DNA of 46,735 nt from an uncultured Clostridia bacterium (GCA_947599995.1 CANQFW010000002.1:1-46735); one strand, 5' to 3'; shown: positions 19,366 to 29,930, counted from the stretch's first letter. Numbers and translations are program-made. The notes: generated from the sequence alone by a model not told the origin.

Positions 19366-20568
19366 TCAATCTCTAAATGGCTCCTCATACTCTTTATCCA
19401 TGCTCTGTCTTTTTGTTTTCCACTCTTCCTTATTATATCCCATGTTTCTAGTAATATTAGAAGTCTCCTCTAAATGATTCTTTGCCCTTTGCTCATTTTC
19501 AGACATTTTATTTTTTTCCTCTCTTTTTTCTAAATTAAAGGGTATCGATATCTTAATAAGTATTGGTATAAAGAGTGGTTCACTTTTAATTTTAGCTGCA
19601 ATTTTTTCGCTATCTATATCAATTGCTATATTAGAATATCTAATTGCTAAATCTTTTTGACCTTGTATTAGTTTTATCTTTGCTAGCTCAAAATAGCTGT
19701 CTGCTTCTAAATCTTCATCTTGCATTGCTTCGGTAAAATATTTTTCTGCTAAATCTATTTCTTTATATAACATTGCAATTTGTGCTAAATTATATTTTGA
19801 CCTGTACATTAACGAATTTATTTCTGCTGATTTTTCATAGCATATTTTTGCATTTTGAAAGTCATTTAGCATTGTGTAGCTCATTCCTAAATAATAGTTT
19901 AGCTCATAGCTTATTGTGCAATACTTTAAAGCTTCTGAAAATACATTTACAGCTTCTTTATATTGTTCTTTTTGCATTAACAAATTTCCCAAATCTATAG
20001 TTGCATTATAGTAATCAGGCTTTTTAGATAAAAGACTTGATAGCATTTGAATTGCTTCATCTTTTTTTCCTAAATCTATCATAAATGTTGAAACTTTGTA
20101 ATAGGAATCATAATCCTTTTTATTTAATTCAATACATGTAACATATTCTTCTATAGCTTTCCTTACTCCACCTTCATTTTCATAAATTTTCGCAAGTAAT
20201 TTATGTGTTTCGTAATTATTTGGATCTTTCTTTATTATTGTATTCAATATTTCTTTTGCCTTTTTTTCATTTCCAGTTATTAATAGAAATTTAATTCTTG
20301 TTTGCCTTATAAATTTAATGACATCAATGTTCCTTCTTTGTAACATATATATTATGATTGGTATAAATATTGACAATGTATATATCAGCACTTTTATAAA
20401 TATATTCATTTTAATGCCTGATACGTACAATATAAAATCGATGGCAATTCCTATTGCTTGTATAAAAATAAGTGCAAGGTAACTAGTATCGTTTTCATGC
20501 ATCATTTTAAAAAAGCCTATAGCGAATAAAGCTACTGCAAGTGTAGTAAAAATAAGTTGTTCTAACAT
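19366..20568 (-). CDS. Membrane-anchored TPR-repeat protein
   Basis: Three N-terminal hydrophobic helices, then several TPR-like repeats (..AKIYENEGG..AIEEY.., ..YYNATIDLGNLL..). The start is placed at the ATG after GGAGG. The ORF track extends to 20580. Confidence 0.6.
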   Translation of the reverse strand: MLEQLIFTTLAVALFAIGFFKMMHENDTSYLALIFIQAIGIAIDFILYVSGIKMNIFIKVLIYTLSIFIPIIIYMLQRRNIDVIKFIRQTRIKFLLITGNEKKAKEILNTIIKKDPNNYETHKLLAKIYENEGGVRKAIEEYVTCIELNKKDYDSYYKVSTFMIDLGKKDEAIQMLSSLLSKKPDYYNATIDLGNLLMQKEQYKEAVNVFSEALKYCTISYELNYYLGMSYTMLNDFQNAKICYEKSAEINSLMYRSKYNLAQIAMLYKEIDLAEKYFTEAMQDEDLEADSYFELAKIKLIQGQKDLAIRYSNIAIDIDSEKIAAKIKSEPLFIPILIKISIPFNLEKREEKNKMSENEQRAKNHLEETSNITRNMGYNKEEWKTKRQSMDKEYEEPFRD

Positions 20569-20786
20569 ATTGACCTCCATATATTTTTATAGCTACATTT
20601 TTATTCTTAAAATAAAATTATAACTTTTATGCATTTATATTAACTTTTGTCCTGAACTTTACATATTTTACTATATTTTGAGTAAAATATCAATAAAATT
20701 TTTAAAACATATTTCTTTTTTTTGTAAATTATGTTACAATACAGAAAAATTAAATATTTTTATAAAAATTAATGGAGGTAATAAAT

Positions 20787-21026
20787 ATGGAAGTAGTTAG
20801 ATGTGCTCGTTGTGGAGTTTTTTTTACTAGCGGAGGTTATGTATGTTCCAAATGTCAGTCAAAAGATGATCAAGAACTATCAGCCTTTAAAGATTTTATG
20901 GAAAAAAATGGATCAAATTGTAACACTCTTTCTGAAGTGTGTAATGAAACAGGTATTGCATTAAGTAATTTAAATAGATTTTTAGATTATGAAGGATTAA
21001 AAAGTTATAAAAAATTATTTAATTAA
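20787..21026 (+). CDS. Small zinc-ribbon protein (YvyF-like), function unknown
   Basis: 79 aa from the ATG preceded by GGAGG. It has CxxC..CxxC (CARCGVFF..CSKCQSK). An extended -10 (TGTTACAAT, 20732..20740) lies upstream. Confidence 0.5.
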   Translation: MEVVRCARCGVFFTSGGYVCSKCQSKDDQELSAFKDFMEKNGSNCNTLSEVCNETGIALSNLNRFLDYEGLKSYKKLFN

Positions 21027-21064
21027 TATTCATTAAAAATATACAAATTTCAAGGAGGACTTTA

Positions 21065-22279
21065 ATGGCAAACGTACTAAACATATTACAAGAAAGAAAT
21101 TATATAGAACAAATGACGCACCCTCAGGAGATAAAAGATCTTTTAGAAAAAGAAAAAATTGCATTTTACATAGGAATTGATCCCACTGCAGATAGTATTC
21201 ATGTAGGTCACTTTGTATCATTAATGGTAGCAAGTCATATGCAAAAATGTGGACATAAGCCAATTATTCTTATGGGTGGTGGTACTGCCGTAATTGGTGA
21301 CCCCTCACTAAAAAATGATATGAGGAAAATGCTTACTAAAGAAGAAATCAATCAAAATGTTGAATCAATAAAAAAACAAGTAGAAAAATTTGTTAGCTTT
21401 GAAGGTGACAATGCTGCAGTAATAGTAAACAATGATGAATGGCTTTCAGACTTAAAATATATAGACTTTATGAGAGAGATAGGTAGCAAATTTACAGTTA
21501 GTAAAATGCTTGCTTCAGAATGCTATAAAAATAGAAAAGATTCTGGGCTAACATTTTTTGAAATGGGCTATATGCTTATGCAATCTTATGACTTTCTACA
21601 TTTATATAATAAATATAATTGTAAACTTGAAATAGGTGGCAACGATCAATGGTCTAATATAATAGGAGGAGTTGAGCTTATTCGTAAAATAGGAAAAAAG
21701 GACTCTTTTGGACTAACATTTAAACTTCTTACAACTAAAGAAGGCAAAAAAATGGGAAAAACTGAAAAGGGAGCGTTATGGCTAGATCCTAAAAAGACCT
21801 CTCCTTATGAATTTTACCAATACTGGAGAAATATAGAAGATTCTAGCATATACAATGTAGCATGTATGCTTACATTCCTTCCTATGGATGAAATAAATAA
21901 ATTTAAATTTTTAAAGGACGAAAAAATAAATGAAGCAAAAAAGATTTTAGCATTTGAAATAACAAAACTAGTTCATGGTGAAGACGAAGCAAAAAAAGCT
22001 GAAGAAGCAGCTACAGCATTATTTGAAGGAAAGGGTTCTTTAGAAAATATGCCAACTTGTAAATTAGAAGACTGCAATTGTACATTGGTTCAAGCAATAG
22101 TTCAAGCTAAAATATGTGAATCAAAAGGCCAAGCAAAAACTCTAATTTCTCAAGGTTCGATTTTACTAAATTATGAAAAAATCACTGATATATCTTATAC
22201 TCTTTCGGATAAGGACTTTAATGGTGGGTTTGCAATTTTGAAAAAAGGTAAAAAAGTATTTTATAAATTAGAAAAATAG
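21065..22279 (+). CDS. tyrS: Tyrosyl-tRNA synthetase
   Basis: 404 aa with HIGH variant HVGH, KMSKS variant KMGKT, GGNDQWSNI, and a C-terminal S4-like domain. AAGGAGGA upstream. Confidence 0.92.
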   Translation: MANVLNILQERNYIEQMTHPQEIKDLLEKEKIAFYIGIDPTADSIHVGHFVSLMVASHMQKCGHKPIILMGGGTAVIGDPSLKNDMRKMLTKEEINQNVESIKKQVEKFVSFEGDNAAVIVNNDEWLSDLKYIDFMREIGSKFTVSKMLASECYKNRKDSGLTFFEMGYMLMQSYDFLHLYNKYNCKLEIGGNDQWSNIIGGVELIRKIGKKDSFGLTFKLLTTKEGKKMGKTEKGALWLDPKKTSPYEFYQYWRNIEDSSIYNVACMLTFLPMDEINKFKFLKDEKINEAKKILAFEITKLVHGEDEAKKAEEAATALFEGKGSLENMPTCKLEDCNCTLVQAIVQAKICESKGQAKTLISQGSILLNYEKITDISYTLSDKDFNGGFAILKKGKKVFYKLEK

Positions 22280-22358
22280 AAAATTTAACCCCCGCTCTTT
22301 ATCTTCTACTGAAAGTATATCATTTTAAATGATGTCTTTTCTAGAGTATAAAAAAACG

Positions 22359-22411
22359 GATAATCAAAAAAACTTACCATTTTTTATATAATGGTAAGTT
22401 TTTTGATTGTC
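22359..22411. terminator. Bidirectional terminator between convergent tyrS and the UPF0182 gene
   Basis: About 20-bp imperfect inverted repeat GATAATCAAAAAAACTTACCAT / ATGGTAAGTTTTTTGATTGTC with a 10-nt loop. Confidence 0.7.
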
Positions 22412-22434
22412 TATATTTTAAACTATTTAATAAA

Positions 22435-25206
22435 TTACTGTTCAGATCCAATTATATTTTCATCGTCAGAAACATCATTTTCATTTAATATATTCTCAGA
22501 CGCTGTATTTTGTTTAGTTTGTTCTTTCTCCTTCTCCATCTGATTAATCAAATCTTGCAATCTCTTGATATCTGTTCCTATCATCTCCCAACTATTAGCT
22601 TCTATAGAAGAAGTCAAATTATTGTTAGCCTTAATTATAAGTTCCATCAATCCATCAATATTATCTTGAGTCTCAGTTTCAATATTAGCTTCAGACTGAG
22701 ATAGTAAATTTCCTAAAGCTTCTTGTACATTGTTGCCTATAGAAACTTTATTACCTGAAGCAACAATAACCTTTTTAAGAACAGGTAATTTAGATTCATT
22801 TATGGCTGTTTGATAAATAGGCTCTATATAAACAATAGTATTTCCAACTGGAACAATTATCATATTCTTTGTAACCTTAACGCCAGTTACAAACAAGTTA
22901 TCAATTACTTTCTTAATCTCATCATTTTGTGAAATTTGACTATCCAACTGCGTTGGCCCTAAAATATTTGTATCTCCAGACAAGGTTTTTAATCTTAAAA
23001 CATTTGCTCCATCTTCTACTGTCCCAACCAAATATGACGTTATTGTTTGCTTTCCTTTTGGCATAAATATTTGAATTAATCCTATATTTTCATCATTCTC
23101 CTTAACTAAAGTATAGTATGAATCTAAAGTTGTTTTTGTAGATTTATTTGATGTACCTGTTGTATACGTTGCTTTTTCCCAAGTATCATCACTTCTATAA
23201 AGTACATCTGCTTTAGTGTTGTGATACTCTTCAAGCTTGCTTGCTTGAACATCATATAAAAATTTTGGGTACACGAACTTTTCTGATATACTTTCCGGAA
23301 TCTTTGCATCTAGATCTTGGAATAAATTTTTGTACATATTTCTATATGCCATTGCTATTGGATCAGTTCTATCTGTAATGTAAAATTTCATTTCACCACT
23401 ATAAGCATTTATTATAACTTTTATAGAATTTCTTATATAATTTATCTCCATTTTTTGATTTTCGTATTCTACAGTTGTATATGTTGAATATGGATATTTA
23501 TTTGATGTCGTATATGCATCTAATACCCAGTACATATCTCCATTTTCATCGATTACAGTATAAGGTAAGGTATCATAAATTACATTTGGTAATGCCTTCT
23601 TAGCTCTTTTTATAATGTTTCTATTTATCAATATTTTACTTTCAGACGTTATATTCGATGAAAATGCCAAGTTCAAATCTCCTGTCTTTATACCTAATGC
23701 TAATCTATCAAAAAAGTTTAAACTTAATCCTGAATTTCCACTATACTTACTTTCATATTCTTTTCCTTCTGCTGTATAGTCATATTCAGCTATATTCTTT
23801 CCATTTGTGATTGCAGTATTATTTGTCTCTAATCCATAATATATTTGCGGTGTTTCTATTTTTATGTTTTGTTCTTTTTTAGCTATATCACTTTGAATAT
23901 ACTTTATTCCACCATCTTCCGAATACGATGTTGCCGATGTTAAAACTGCTCCATATCCATGTGTATATTCATACGTCTTACTATTGTACGTTCTTTTGCT
24001 GTTAACAATTTCTCTTGGTGATATATATAATAATTGCATACTTCCATTTACATCATATCTTGAGATTCCTGCTGATGAATATTTGTAATATCCAGCACCT
24101 GTTTGACTATAATTTAAGTTATTAAGTATTATATCTTTGTTTACAATTGCAGCGTTTCTAATTACATTTTGGTTGTTTTCTATATCTTTATTCGTTATAG
24201 TACCTGAATACTCCACGTTTTCAATATCACAGTCGATTCCATACGCTTTTTTTGTACTTTCTAAATTTTCTTTTATGTATTCCTTTTCTTTGTCAAATTT
24301 ATTTGGATGAACAAATATCAAGTCAAATAATAATATAATGATAAATAGAATAACCAAATATAATGGTATTAATACTAAATTTTTAAAAATCTGTCCTTGT
24401 ATTCCTTTTTTGACACTATTAATTGCTCTAAAAGTTGCTACTACTATTAGTACACTAAAAATTACATATCCCCATAATTTTATTGTGGAATCTATAAAGC
24501 CTGCTCCAACTAATTTTATATTATTATCAGTCGTTAAAAACACACTAAGAACAATATCTAAACAACTTGCAAGTGTATATAGTGCAACTATAATTGAAAG
24601 TAATTTTAGGTTTTTGTAAATCTCTCCCATTAACCAGCTTTTCTTAAAAGTCTGTTTGTCAATACCATCAAAATATTTATTAAAAACAACAACATAATAT
24701 AATATTGAATATATTGTAATTCCTATTAAAACCACACCAATGTATATAATAATCATTTTTATTAGTGGTTCAGTAAACATAAAAAACGATATATCGAGAT
24801 TAAACAATTTATCTGTTATATTAAAAGATACATTACTTGCACACAAGATTATATTATTAGTAAATGCATTAGCTGTTGCCACACTTACTATCGCTGCTAT
24901 CACAAGAGAAATTGATTTATTAGGTAATTTAGGCATGTCCTTTTTTTCTTCATCAAAAAAAACTTTTAGACCTTTTTTTATACCTCTCCCTGTGAAATAC
25001 ATAATAATATATAAAATTATAAAATTTATTGCAATTACAGAATATTCATACTTTAGGTTTGTTGAAAATACAGATATATAATTTTCTCCTAATTCTTTAT
25101 ATTCTAAATAGTTTCCTCTTAAGGTTATATAGTTTATTATTGTAAATAAAATCAAGAATATTATTACCGATATTCTCCTTGTATTTCTTTGTTTGATTGT
25201 TTTCAA
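22435..25206 (-). CDS. UPF0182-family large integral membrane protein
   Basis: About 920 aa with about 7 N-terminal TM helices and a large extracytoplasmic domain. The likely start is the TTG at 25206, 7 nt after AGAGGAGGA. The ORF track extends to 25245. Confidence 0.6.
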   Translation of the reverse strand: MKTIKQRNTRRISVIIFLILFTIINYITLRGNYLEYKELGENYISVFSTNLKYEYSVIAINFIILYIIMYFTGRGIKKGLKVFFDEEKKDMPKLPNKSISLVIAAIVSVATANAFTNNIILCASNVSFNITDKLFNLDISFFMFTEPLIKMIIIYIGVVLIGITIYSILYYVVVFNKYFDGIDKQTFKKSWLMGEIYKNLKLLSIIVALYTLASCLDIVLSVFLTTDNNIKLVGAGFIDSTIKLWGYVIFSVLIVVATFRAINSVKKGIQGQIFKNLVLIPLYLVILFIIILLFDLIFVHPNKFDKEKEYIKENLESTKKAYGIDCDIENVEYSGTITNKDIENNQNVIRNAAIVNKDIILNNLNYSQTGAGYYKYSSAGISRYDVNGSMQLLYISPREIVNSKRTYNSKTYEYTHGYGAVLTSATSYSEDGGIKYIQSDIAKKEQNIKIETPQIYYGLETNNTAITNGKNIAEYDYTAEGKEYESKYSGNSGLSLNFFDRLALGIKTGDLNLAFSSNITSESKILINRNIIKRAKKALPNVIYDTLPYTVIDENGDMYWVLDAYTTSNKYPYSTYTTVEYENQKMEINYIRNSIKVIINAYSGEMKFYITDRTDPIAMAYRNMYKNLFQDLDAKIPESISEKFVYPKFLYDVQASKLEEYHNTKADVLYRSDDTWEKATYTTGTSNKSTKTTLDSYYTLVKENDENIGLIQIFMPKGKQTITSYLVGTVEDGANVLRLKTLSGDTNILGPTQLDSQISQNDEIKKVIDNLFVTGVKVTKNMIIVPVGNTIVYIEPIYQTAINESKLPVLKKVIVASGNKVSIGNNVQEALGNLLSQSEANIETETQDNIDGLMELIIKANNNLTSSIEANSWEMIGTDIKRLQDLINQMEKEKEQTKQNTASENILNENDVSDDENIIGSEQ

Positions 25207-25252
25207 TACTTTTTCCTCCTCTTTGTTGTAAAGCCAACTAGTCAAAAATTAT

Positions 25253-26158
25253 TTAAATTATCGCTTTTGCGAATTCTTCGCTATTAAATATTTCCATATC
25301 GTCTATTTGTTCTCCAATTCCAATAAACTGAACTGGTATATGATTTTCTTGAACTATTCCTATAACTACTCCACCTTTTGCAGTTCCATCTAATTTTGTT
25401 AACACTAATCCTGTTACATCCGTTTCTTGTTTAAATGCTTTTACTTGGTTTATTGCATTTTGTCCTGTAGTAGCATCTAAAACTAGCAGTACTTCTTTCG
25501 ATGCTCCCTCACATTCATTGTTTATTACTTTTTTTATTTTATGAAGCTCATCCATTAGATATTTTTTATTGTGTAATCTTCCCGCTGTGTCTACTATTAA
25601 CACATCTGATCCATTTTCCTTTGCAACCTTTATTGACTCATATACTACTGATGCTGGATCTGCTCCCTCATCTCTTTTTACTATTTCTGCTCCTGCCCTT
25701 TTTGCCCATACTTCTAGTTGCTCTACTGCTGCTGCTCTAAATGTATCTGCTGCACCTATCGTTACTTTTTTTCCGTCTTTTACTAGTCTATTCGCTATTT
25801 TTCCTATTGATGTAGTTTTTCCAACACCATTTACTCCTACCACCAAAATTATAGATGGCTTTGTATCTAAATTTAATTCTCTTTTATCCTCATCTAGTAT
25901 CTTTTGAATTTCTTCTCTTAAAACTCTTTTTACATCTTCTTCATCTTTTATGTTTTCTCTTTTTACTCTCTTTCTTAATCTATCTACTATTTGCAATGAT
26001 GTATCCATTCCTATGTCTGACATTATTAGTATCTCCTCTAATTCCTCTAGAAAATCTTCATCTACTTTTCTGAATGTGCTAAATACAGTATTTATTTTTT
26101 GGTCAAATGATTCTTTTGTTTTATTCAATCCACTTTTTAATTTATCAAAAAATCCCAT
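25253..26158 (-). CDS. ftsY: Signal recognition particle receptor FtsY
   Basis: N-terminus MGFFDKLKSGL after GGAAAGGA, with GTPase motifs GVNGVGKTT, DTAGR and TKLDGT. The ORF track extends to 26197. Confidence 0.9.
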   Translation of the reverse strand: MGFFDKLKSGLNKTKESFDQKINTVFSTFRKVDEDFLEELEEILIMSDIGMDTSLQIVDRLRKRVKRENIKDEEDVKRVLREEIQKILDEDKRELNLDTKPSIILVVGVNGVGKTTSIGKIANRLVKDGKKVTIGAADTFRAAAVEQLEVWAKRAGAEIVKRDEGADPASVVYESIKVAKENGSDVLIVDTAGRLHNKKYLMDELHKIKKVINNECEGASKEVLLVLDATTGQNAINQVKAFKQETDVTGLVLTKLDGTAKGGVVIGIVQENHIPVQFIGIGEQIDDMEIFNSEEFAKAII

Positions 26159-26259
26159 ATTCGATATCCTTTCCATATTTATTTTACTTGCTCTCAAATC
26201 ATGCCTTTATGCATAATCTGTATATCATGATTTTTTCTTAGGTCACAGAAACCTTAGCT

Positions 26260-26297
26260 ACAAAAAAGATTTCACCTATTCCTAAAGATGAAATCTT
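26260..26297 (-). terminator. Intrinsic terminator after the 127-aa membrane protein gene
   Basis: 9-bp stem AAGATTTCA / TGAAATCTT, followed on the minus strand by TTTTTG. Confidence 0.6.
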
Positions 26298-26303
26298 ACT
26301 TTT

Positions 26304-26687
26304 TTATAATTCTTTCCAAAACCAATCAAGGCTGTTATCTATACTCTTTTTGTTGTTTTTCTTTGCTTCTATGTCATCTACCCATAGATATGCAAAAAAT
26401 GTTACAAGTATAAATCCGAAGTCTATTGCCATACATCTATAAATTGTGCTTATTAAATTTGAATATTCTGGTGATATTCCTAAAACTTGTACTAGATGTA
26501 TAATTAATGATGCTAAAAAAGCAAATAGCGGTATTATAGCTACTGTGCTCTTTTTAACTTCTTGTCCTAAAAAGATCAATAGTGATACTGCAATTACTGC
26601 TAAAAGTAATATTATCGGATTGGTTAAATCTAAAAACTTCATAATTTCATCCCATCTTTCGTTAAAAATATGCTTATATAATATCAC
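26304..26687 (-). CDS. Small integral membrane protein, function unknown
   Basis: ORF with 3-4 hydrophobic helices. The start is uncertain (GTG at 26687 or ATG at 26642). Confidence 0.45.
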   Translation of the reverse strand: MILYKHIFNERWDEIMKFLDLTNPIILLLAVIAVSLLIFLGQEVKKSTVAIIPLFAFLASLIIHLVQVLGISPEYSNLISTIYRCMAIDFGFILVTFFAYLWVDDIEAKKNNKKSIDNSLDWFWKEL

Positions 26688-26835
26688 TTTACTACGTTTA
26701 TTTCAAGTATTTTATATTATATTTTTTTTACATTTATATTACAGGTGCATATAAAAATAGTAGGACTATTCCTACTATTTAACTTAAATATTAATTTTGG
26801 AAAATCAATACATACAAAATCATTTTCTTAATATA

Positions 26836-27036
26836 TTATCCTTTTAATATATCTGAACATGATACTGTTACATAATCTATCGCTGCTACTTTCTTATCTT
26901 CACTTTTTTGTTTAAACACATATATGCTTAATAATAAAATAACAACAGAAAGCATTAAAATAACTGTTATAGCTGCTGCCATAGAAAAATTCATTTTTAT
27001 TTCTTTCTTTTCTTTTTTTTCTGTTTCGTCGCTCAT
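26836..27036 (-). CDS. Small single-pass membrane protein, function unknown
   Basis: 66 aa from the ATG preceded by GAGGAGGAG. Charged N-terminus, then one TM helix (AAAITVILMLSVVILLLSIYVF). Confidence 0.45.
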   Translation of the reverse strand: MSDETEKKEKKEIKMNFSMAAAITVILMLSVVILLLSIYVFKQKSEDKKVAAIDYVTVSCSDILKG

Positions 27037-27216
27037 AAAAAACTCCTCCTCATTTGTTTTTTTATATACTACCATAATAAGACAAATTTTGCAAGATTTT
27101 TTCAAAAGATTTTTTCATATTACAGTTTAAATGTATTTCAAAAAATATTGTGTCATTCTTTTATTTAGTTATTTTAAATGTGTAATATATAATATAAAGT
27201 GAAATCTTGAATCTAA

Positions 27217-28350
27217 TTATGCCTCTAGGCATTGATTTACAACTTCTAGTGCTCTTTCAATAACTTTATGCATATCATAATATTTATATTCACCAAGTCT
27301 TCCACCAAATATTACTTTTTGTTCTTTTTCTGCCAAAGACTTATATTTTTCATAAATTTTATTATTTTTATTATCATTTAATGGATAATAAGGTTCTTTT
27401 CCTCTTTCCCATTTATCTGGATATTCTCTAGTTATTACTGTTTTATTTATTGTCTCACCTTGTGGCACTTTTCCTAAACTTGGTCCATATTCAAAATGTT
27501 TATGTTCTATTATTCTTGTATATGGGATTTCATATTCTGTATAGTTTACCACCGCATTTCCCTGATAGTTTTCTATTTCTTTTACCTCTGTTTCAAAACG
27601 CAAACTTCTATATTCTAACTCACCAAATTGGTAATTATAGAATCTGTCGATTGGTCCTGTAAAAACTATTTTGTGTGCTATTGATTCGAATTTTTCTCTA
27701 TTTTCAAAAAAATCTGTGTTTAATTCAACATTGGTACCTTCAAGCATTTTTTCTATAATAGCAGTATAACCTCCTATTGGAATTCCCTGATATATATCAT
27801 TAAAATAATTGTTGTCATATATAAATCTTACTGGAAGTCGTTTTATTATGAAACTTGGAAGGTCTTTGCACTCCTTGCCCCATTGTTTCTGTGTATATCC
27901 TTTTACTAATTTTTCATAAATTGTTTTTCCAACTAAGCTTATTGCTTGTTCTTCTAAATTTCTTGGCTCTGTTATATTTGCTTCTTTTTTCTCTTGGTCT
28001 ATTTTAGCCTGTGCTTCTGCAGGAGTTATAACTCCCCAGATTTTATTAAATGTATTCATATTAAATGGCATGTTATACAATTCATTTTTATATTTTGCAA
28101 CTGGAGAATTTGTGTAACGATTAAATTCTGTAAATTGTCTCATATAATCCCATACTTTTTTATTAGATGTATGAAAAATATGTGCTCCATATTTATGAAC
28201 CTGAATTCCATGTTGTTCTTCTGTATATATATTTCCACCTATGTGATTTCTTTTTTCAATTACTAAGCATTTTTTTCCTTTTTTTGTTGCTTCATAGGCA
28301 AATATCGCTCCAAATAGACCTGAACCTACTATTAGGTAGTCGTATTTCAT
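27217..28350 (-). CDS. glf: UDP-galactopyranose mutase
   Basis: 377 aa with FAD motif YDYLIVGSGLFGA, plus HKYGAHIFHT and GRLGEYKYYDM. Confidence 0.9.
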   Translation of the reverse strand: MKYDYLIVGSGLFGAIFAYEATKKGKKCLVIEKRNHIGGNIYTEEQHGIQVHKYGAHIFHTSNKKVWDYMRQFTEFNRYTNSPVAKYKNELYNMPFNMNTFNKIWGVITPAEAQAKIDQEKKEANITEPRNLEEQAISLVGKTIYEKLVKGYTQKQWGKECKDLPSFIIKRLPVRFIYDNNYFNDIYQGIPIGGYTAIIEKMLEGTNVELNTDFFENREKFESIAHKIVFTGPIDRFYNYQFGELEYRSLRFETEVKEIENYQGNAVVNYTEYEIPYTRIIEHKHFEYGPSLGKVPQGETINKTVITREYPDKWERGKEPYYPLNDNKNNKIYEKYKSLAEKEQKVIFGGRLGEYKYYDMHKVIERALEVVNQCLEA

Positions 28351-28367
28351 TTTTATTCCTCCTTAAT

Positions 28368-28914
28368 CTAATTTACTATGTTTGTTTCTTCTTCTAAACT
28401 TCGCCTTCCATTTATATATCCTCTTGTGTAAATGAAATGATATGTTGAATAAAATAGCATTCCAACTACTGCTCCAGCTGAATCTATTAGCACATCAATA
28501 AATTGTCCGATTCCTACCATTTACAAAAGTTTGATGAAATTCGTCACTCGAAGCGAATCCTGCACAAATTATTAGGGTCAATACTAATGATAATATGTAT
28601 TTTTTATGATCAAATATTATATTTAAAAAGGCTATTACGAAAAATGCTAATACAAAATAAACTGATGCATGAATCACTTTTCTCATTGGAGCATTTATTA
28701 GTTTTGCTGCGCGATCTAACTTCTCATCTGTAGGGTGCGATGAAGTTATTCCATATTCGTTTGTTACGTCTAGGGCATCTTCTATAAACAAACTTATTAT
28801 TCCTGTACTTTTACCGTTGGAGTTCTTTGAATTCATTCCTGATAGATTATATATTAAAACCATCCATATTACTGCTAGTCCCAATAATATTATAATTTTT
28901 ATTGTTTTTTTCAT
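28368..28914 (-). CDS. VanZ-family membrane protein, interrupted by a +1 frame break at an in-frame CGG
   Basis: The N-terminal part ends ..SSDEFHQTFVNGRN at AAT (28512..28510). The 0 frame reads CGG ACA ATT TAT TGA. The +1 frame from GGA (28508) gives GQFIDVLIDSAGAVVGMLFYSTY.., the conserved VanZ C-terminus, and stops at 28370..28368 just before the glf SD. Confidence 0.8.
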
Positions 28915-28975
28915 ATTATATCCTAATTTCAGCTCCTTTCTTTCTATTCACATTAATCTAGCCAACATTAATTTT

Positions 28976-29930
28976 CTATTCCAAAATATTTATTTTTTCC
29001 TCAATTATATATTGAGGTCTTCCTTTAGATTCATCATAAATTCTTCCGATATACTCAGAAATTATCCATATTGACAAAAGCTGTACACCCGCGAAAAATG
29101 TTATTGCTACCATGATAGATGTCCAACCTGCTGATAACTCATTTAGTTTAAAAATATATGAGATCATAGCATAAATTAGAACCAGAAAAGAAATTATTAT
29201 AGATATTATACCAAGTGTTCCAACTATTTTTAATGGTTTATTAGAAAAACTTATTATTCCATCTGATGCCAATTTAACCATCTTTTTTAAAGGATATTTG
29301 GTCTTACCTGCGAATCTTTGTTGTCTTTCATATTCATATGGTATTTGTTTATAACCTACCCAACTAAATAATCCTCTTAAAAATTTATTGTGCTCTGGAA
29401 GACTGTTTACTACATCTACTACCTTTCTATCTGCTAGCCTAAAATCACCTGTATCTTTTGGAATATCTATGTCTGAAAGTGAATTTAAAGTTTGATAAAA
29501 CATTTTTGCAGTAAATAGCTTAAATGGTGTCTCACCTTTTCTTATTTTTCTTTTTCCATATATAACCTGATTTCCTTCTTCCCATAATTTTAGCATTTGT
29601 GGAATTAGTTCTGGGGGATCTTGAAGATCTGCATCTATTATTACAATTGCATCTCCTGTTGCCTCTTTTAGACCTGCTGTTACTGCTGCTTGGTGTCCGA
29701 AAATTTCTTGAAAATGATATTATTTTTACTTTTAGGTCCTTTTTCGCTATTTCTTTTAATAAACTTAGTGTATTATCCTTACTTCCATCATTTATGAATA
29801 TTATTTCATATTCATAATTTTCTAGATTACTAAGAACACAAGTAAACCTTTCATAACATTCTTGTACTACTTTTTCTTCTTGGTACATTGGAATTACAGT
29901 TGATATTTTTTTCAATTTGAGTCCCCCCAT
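28976..29930 (-). CDS. Family 2 glycosyltransferase (GtrB / polyprenyl-phosphate sugar transferase-like), interrupted by a +1 frame break at an in-frame CGG
   Basis: The N-terminal part ends ..VKIISFSRNF at TTT (29702..29700). The 0 frame continues as R/S/N-rich nonsense. The +1 frame from GGA (29698) gives GHQAAVTAGLKEATGDAIVIIDADLQDPPELIPQMLKLWEEG.., followed by 2 C-terminal TM helices. The joined length is 317 aa. Confidence 0.85.

Noticed and set aside
20581-21064. Expected T-box leaders upstream of tyrS (and of cysS/argS at 35616..35637 and 34201..34226)
   Set aside because: No T-box-like conserved element (GGTGGTACCGCG-type sequence) or specifier/antiterminator architecture is visible. 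The intergenic spaces directly upstream of tyrS, cysS and argS are only 22-38 nt.
22341-22355. 15-mer CTAGAGTATAAAAAA present twice (22341..22355 and 32402..32416), both in intergenic terminator regions
   Set aside because: An exact A/T-rich 15-mer match is expected by chance many times over in about 47 kb of this composition. The flanks do not extend the similarity.
29532-29700. Arg/Ser/Asn/Cys-rich basic tail (RTPSSSNSRSKRGNRRCNCNNRCRSSRSPR..) at the end of ORF 29532..29930, which superficially resembles a nucleic-acid-binding low-complexity domain
   Set aside because: It is the out-of-frame translation of the GT2 catalytic domain. The +1 frame over the same nucleotides encodes the conserved GHQAAVTAGL..DADLQDPPE sequence.
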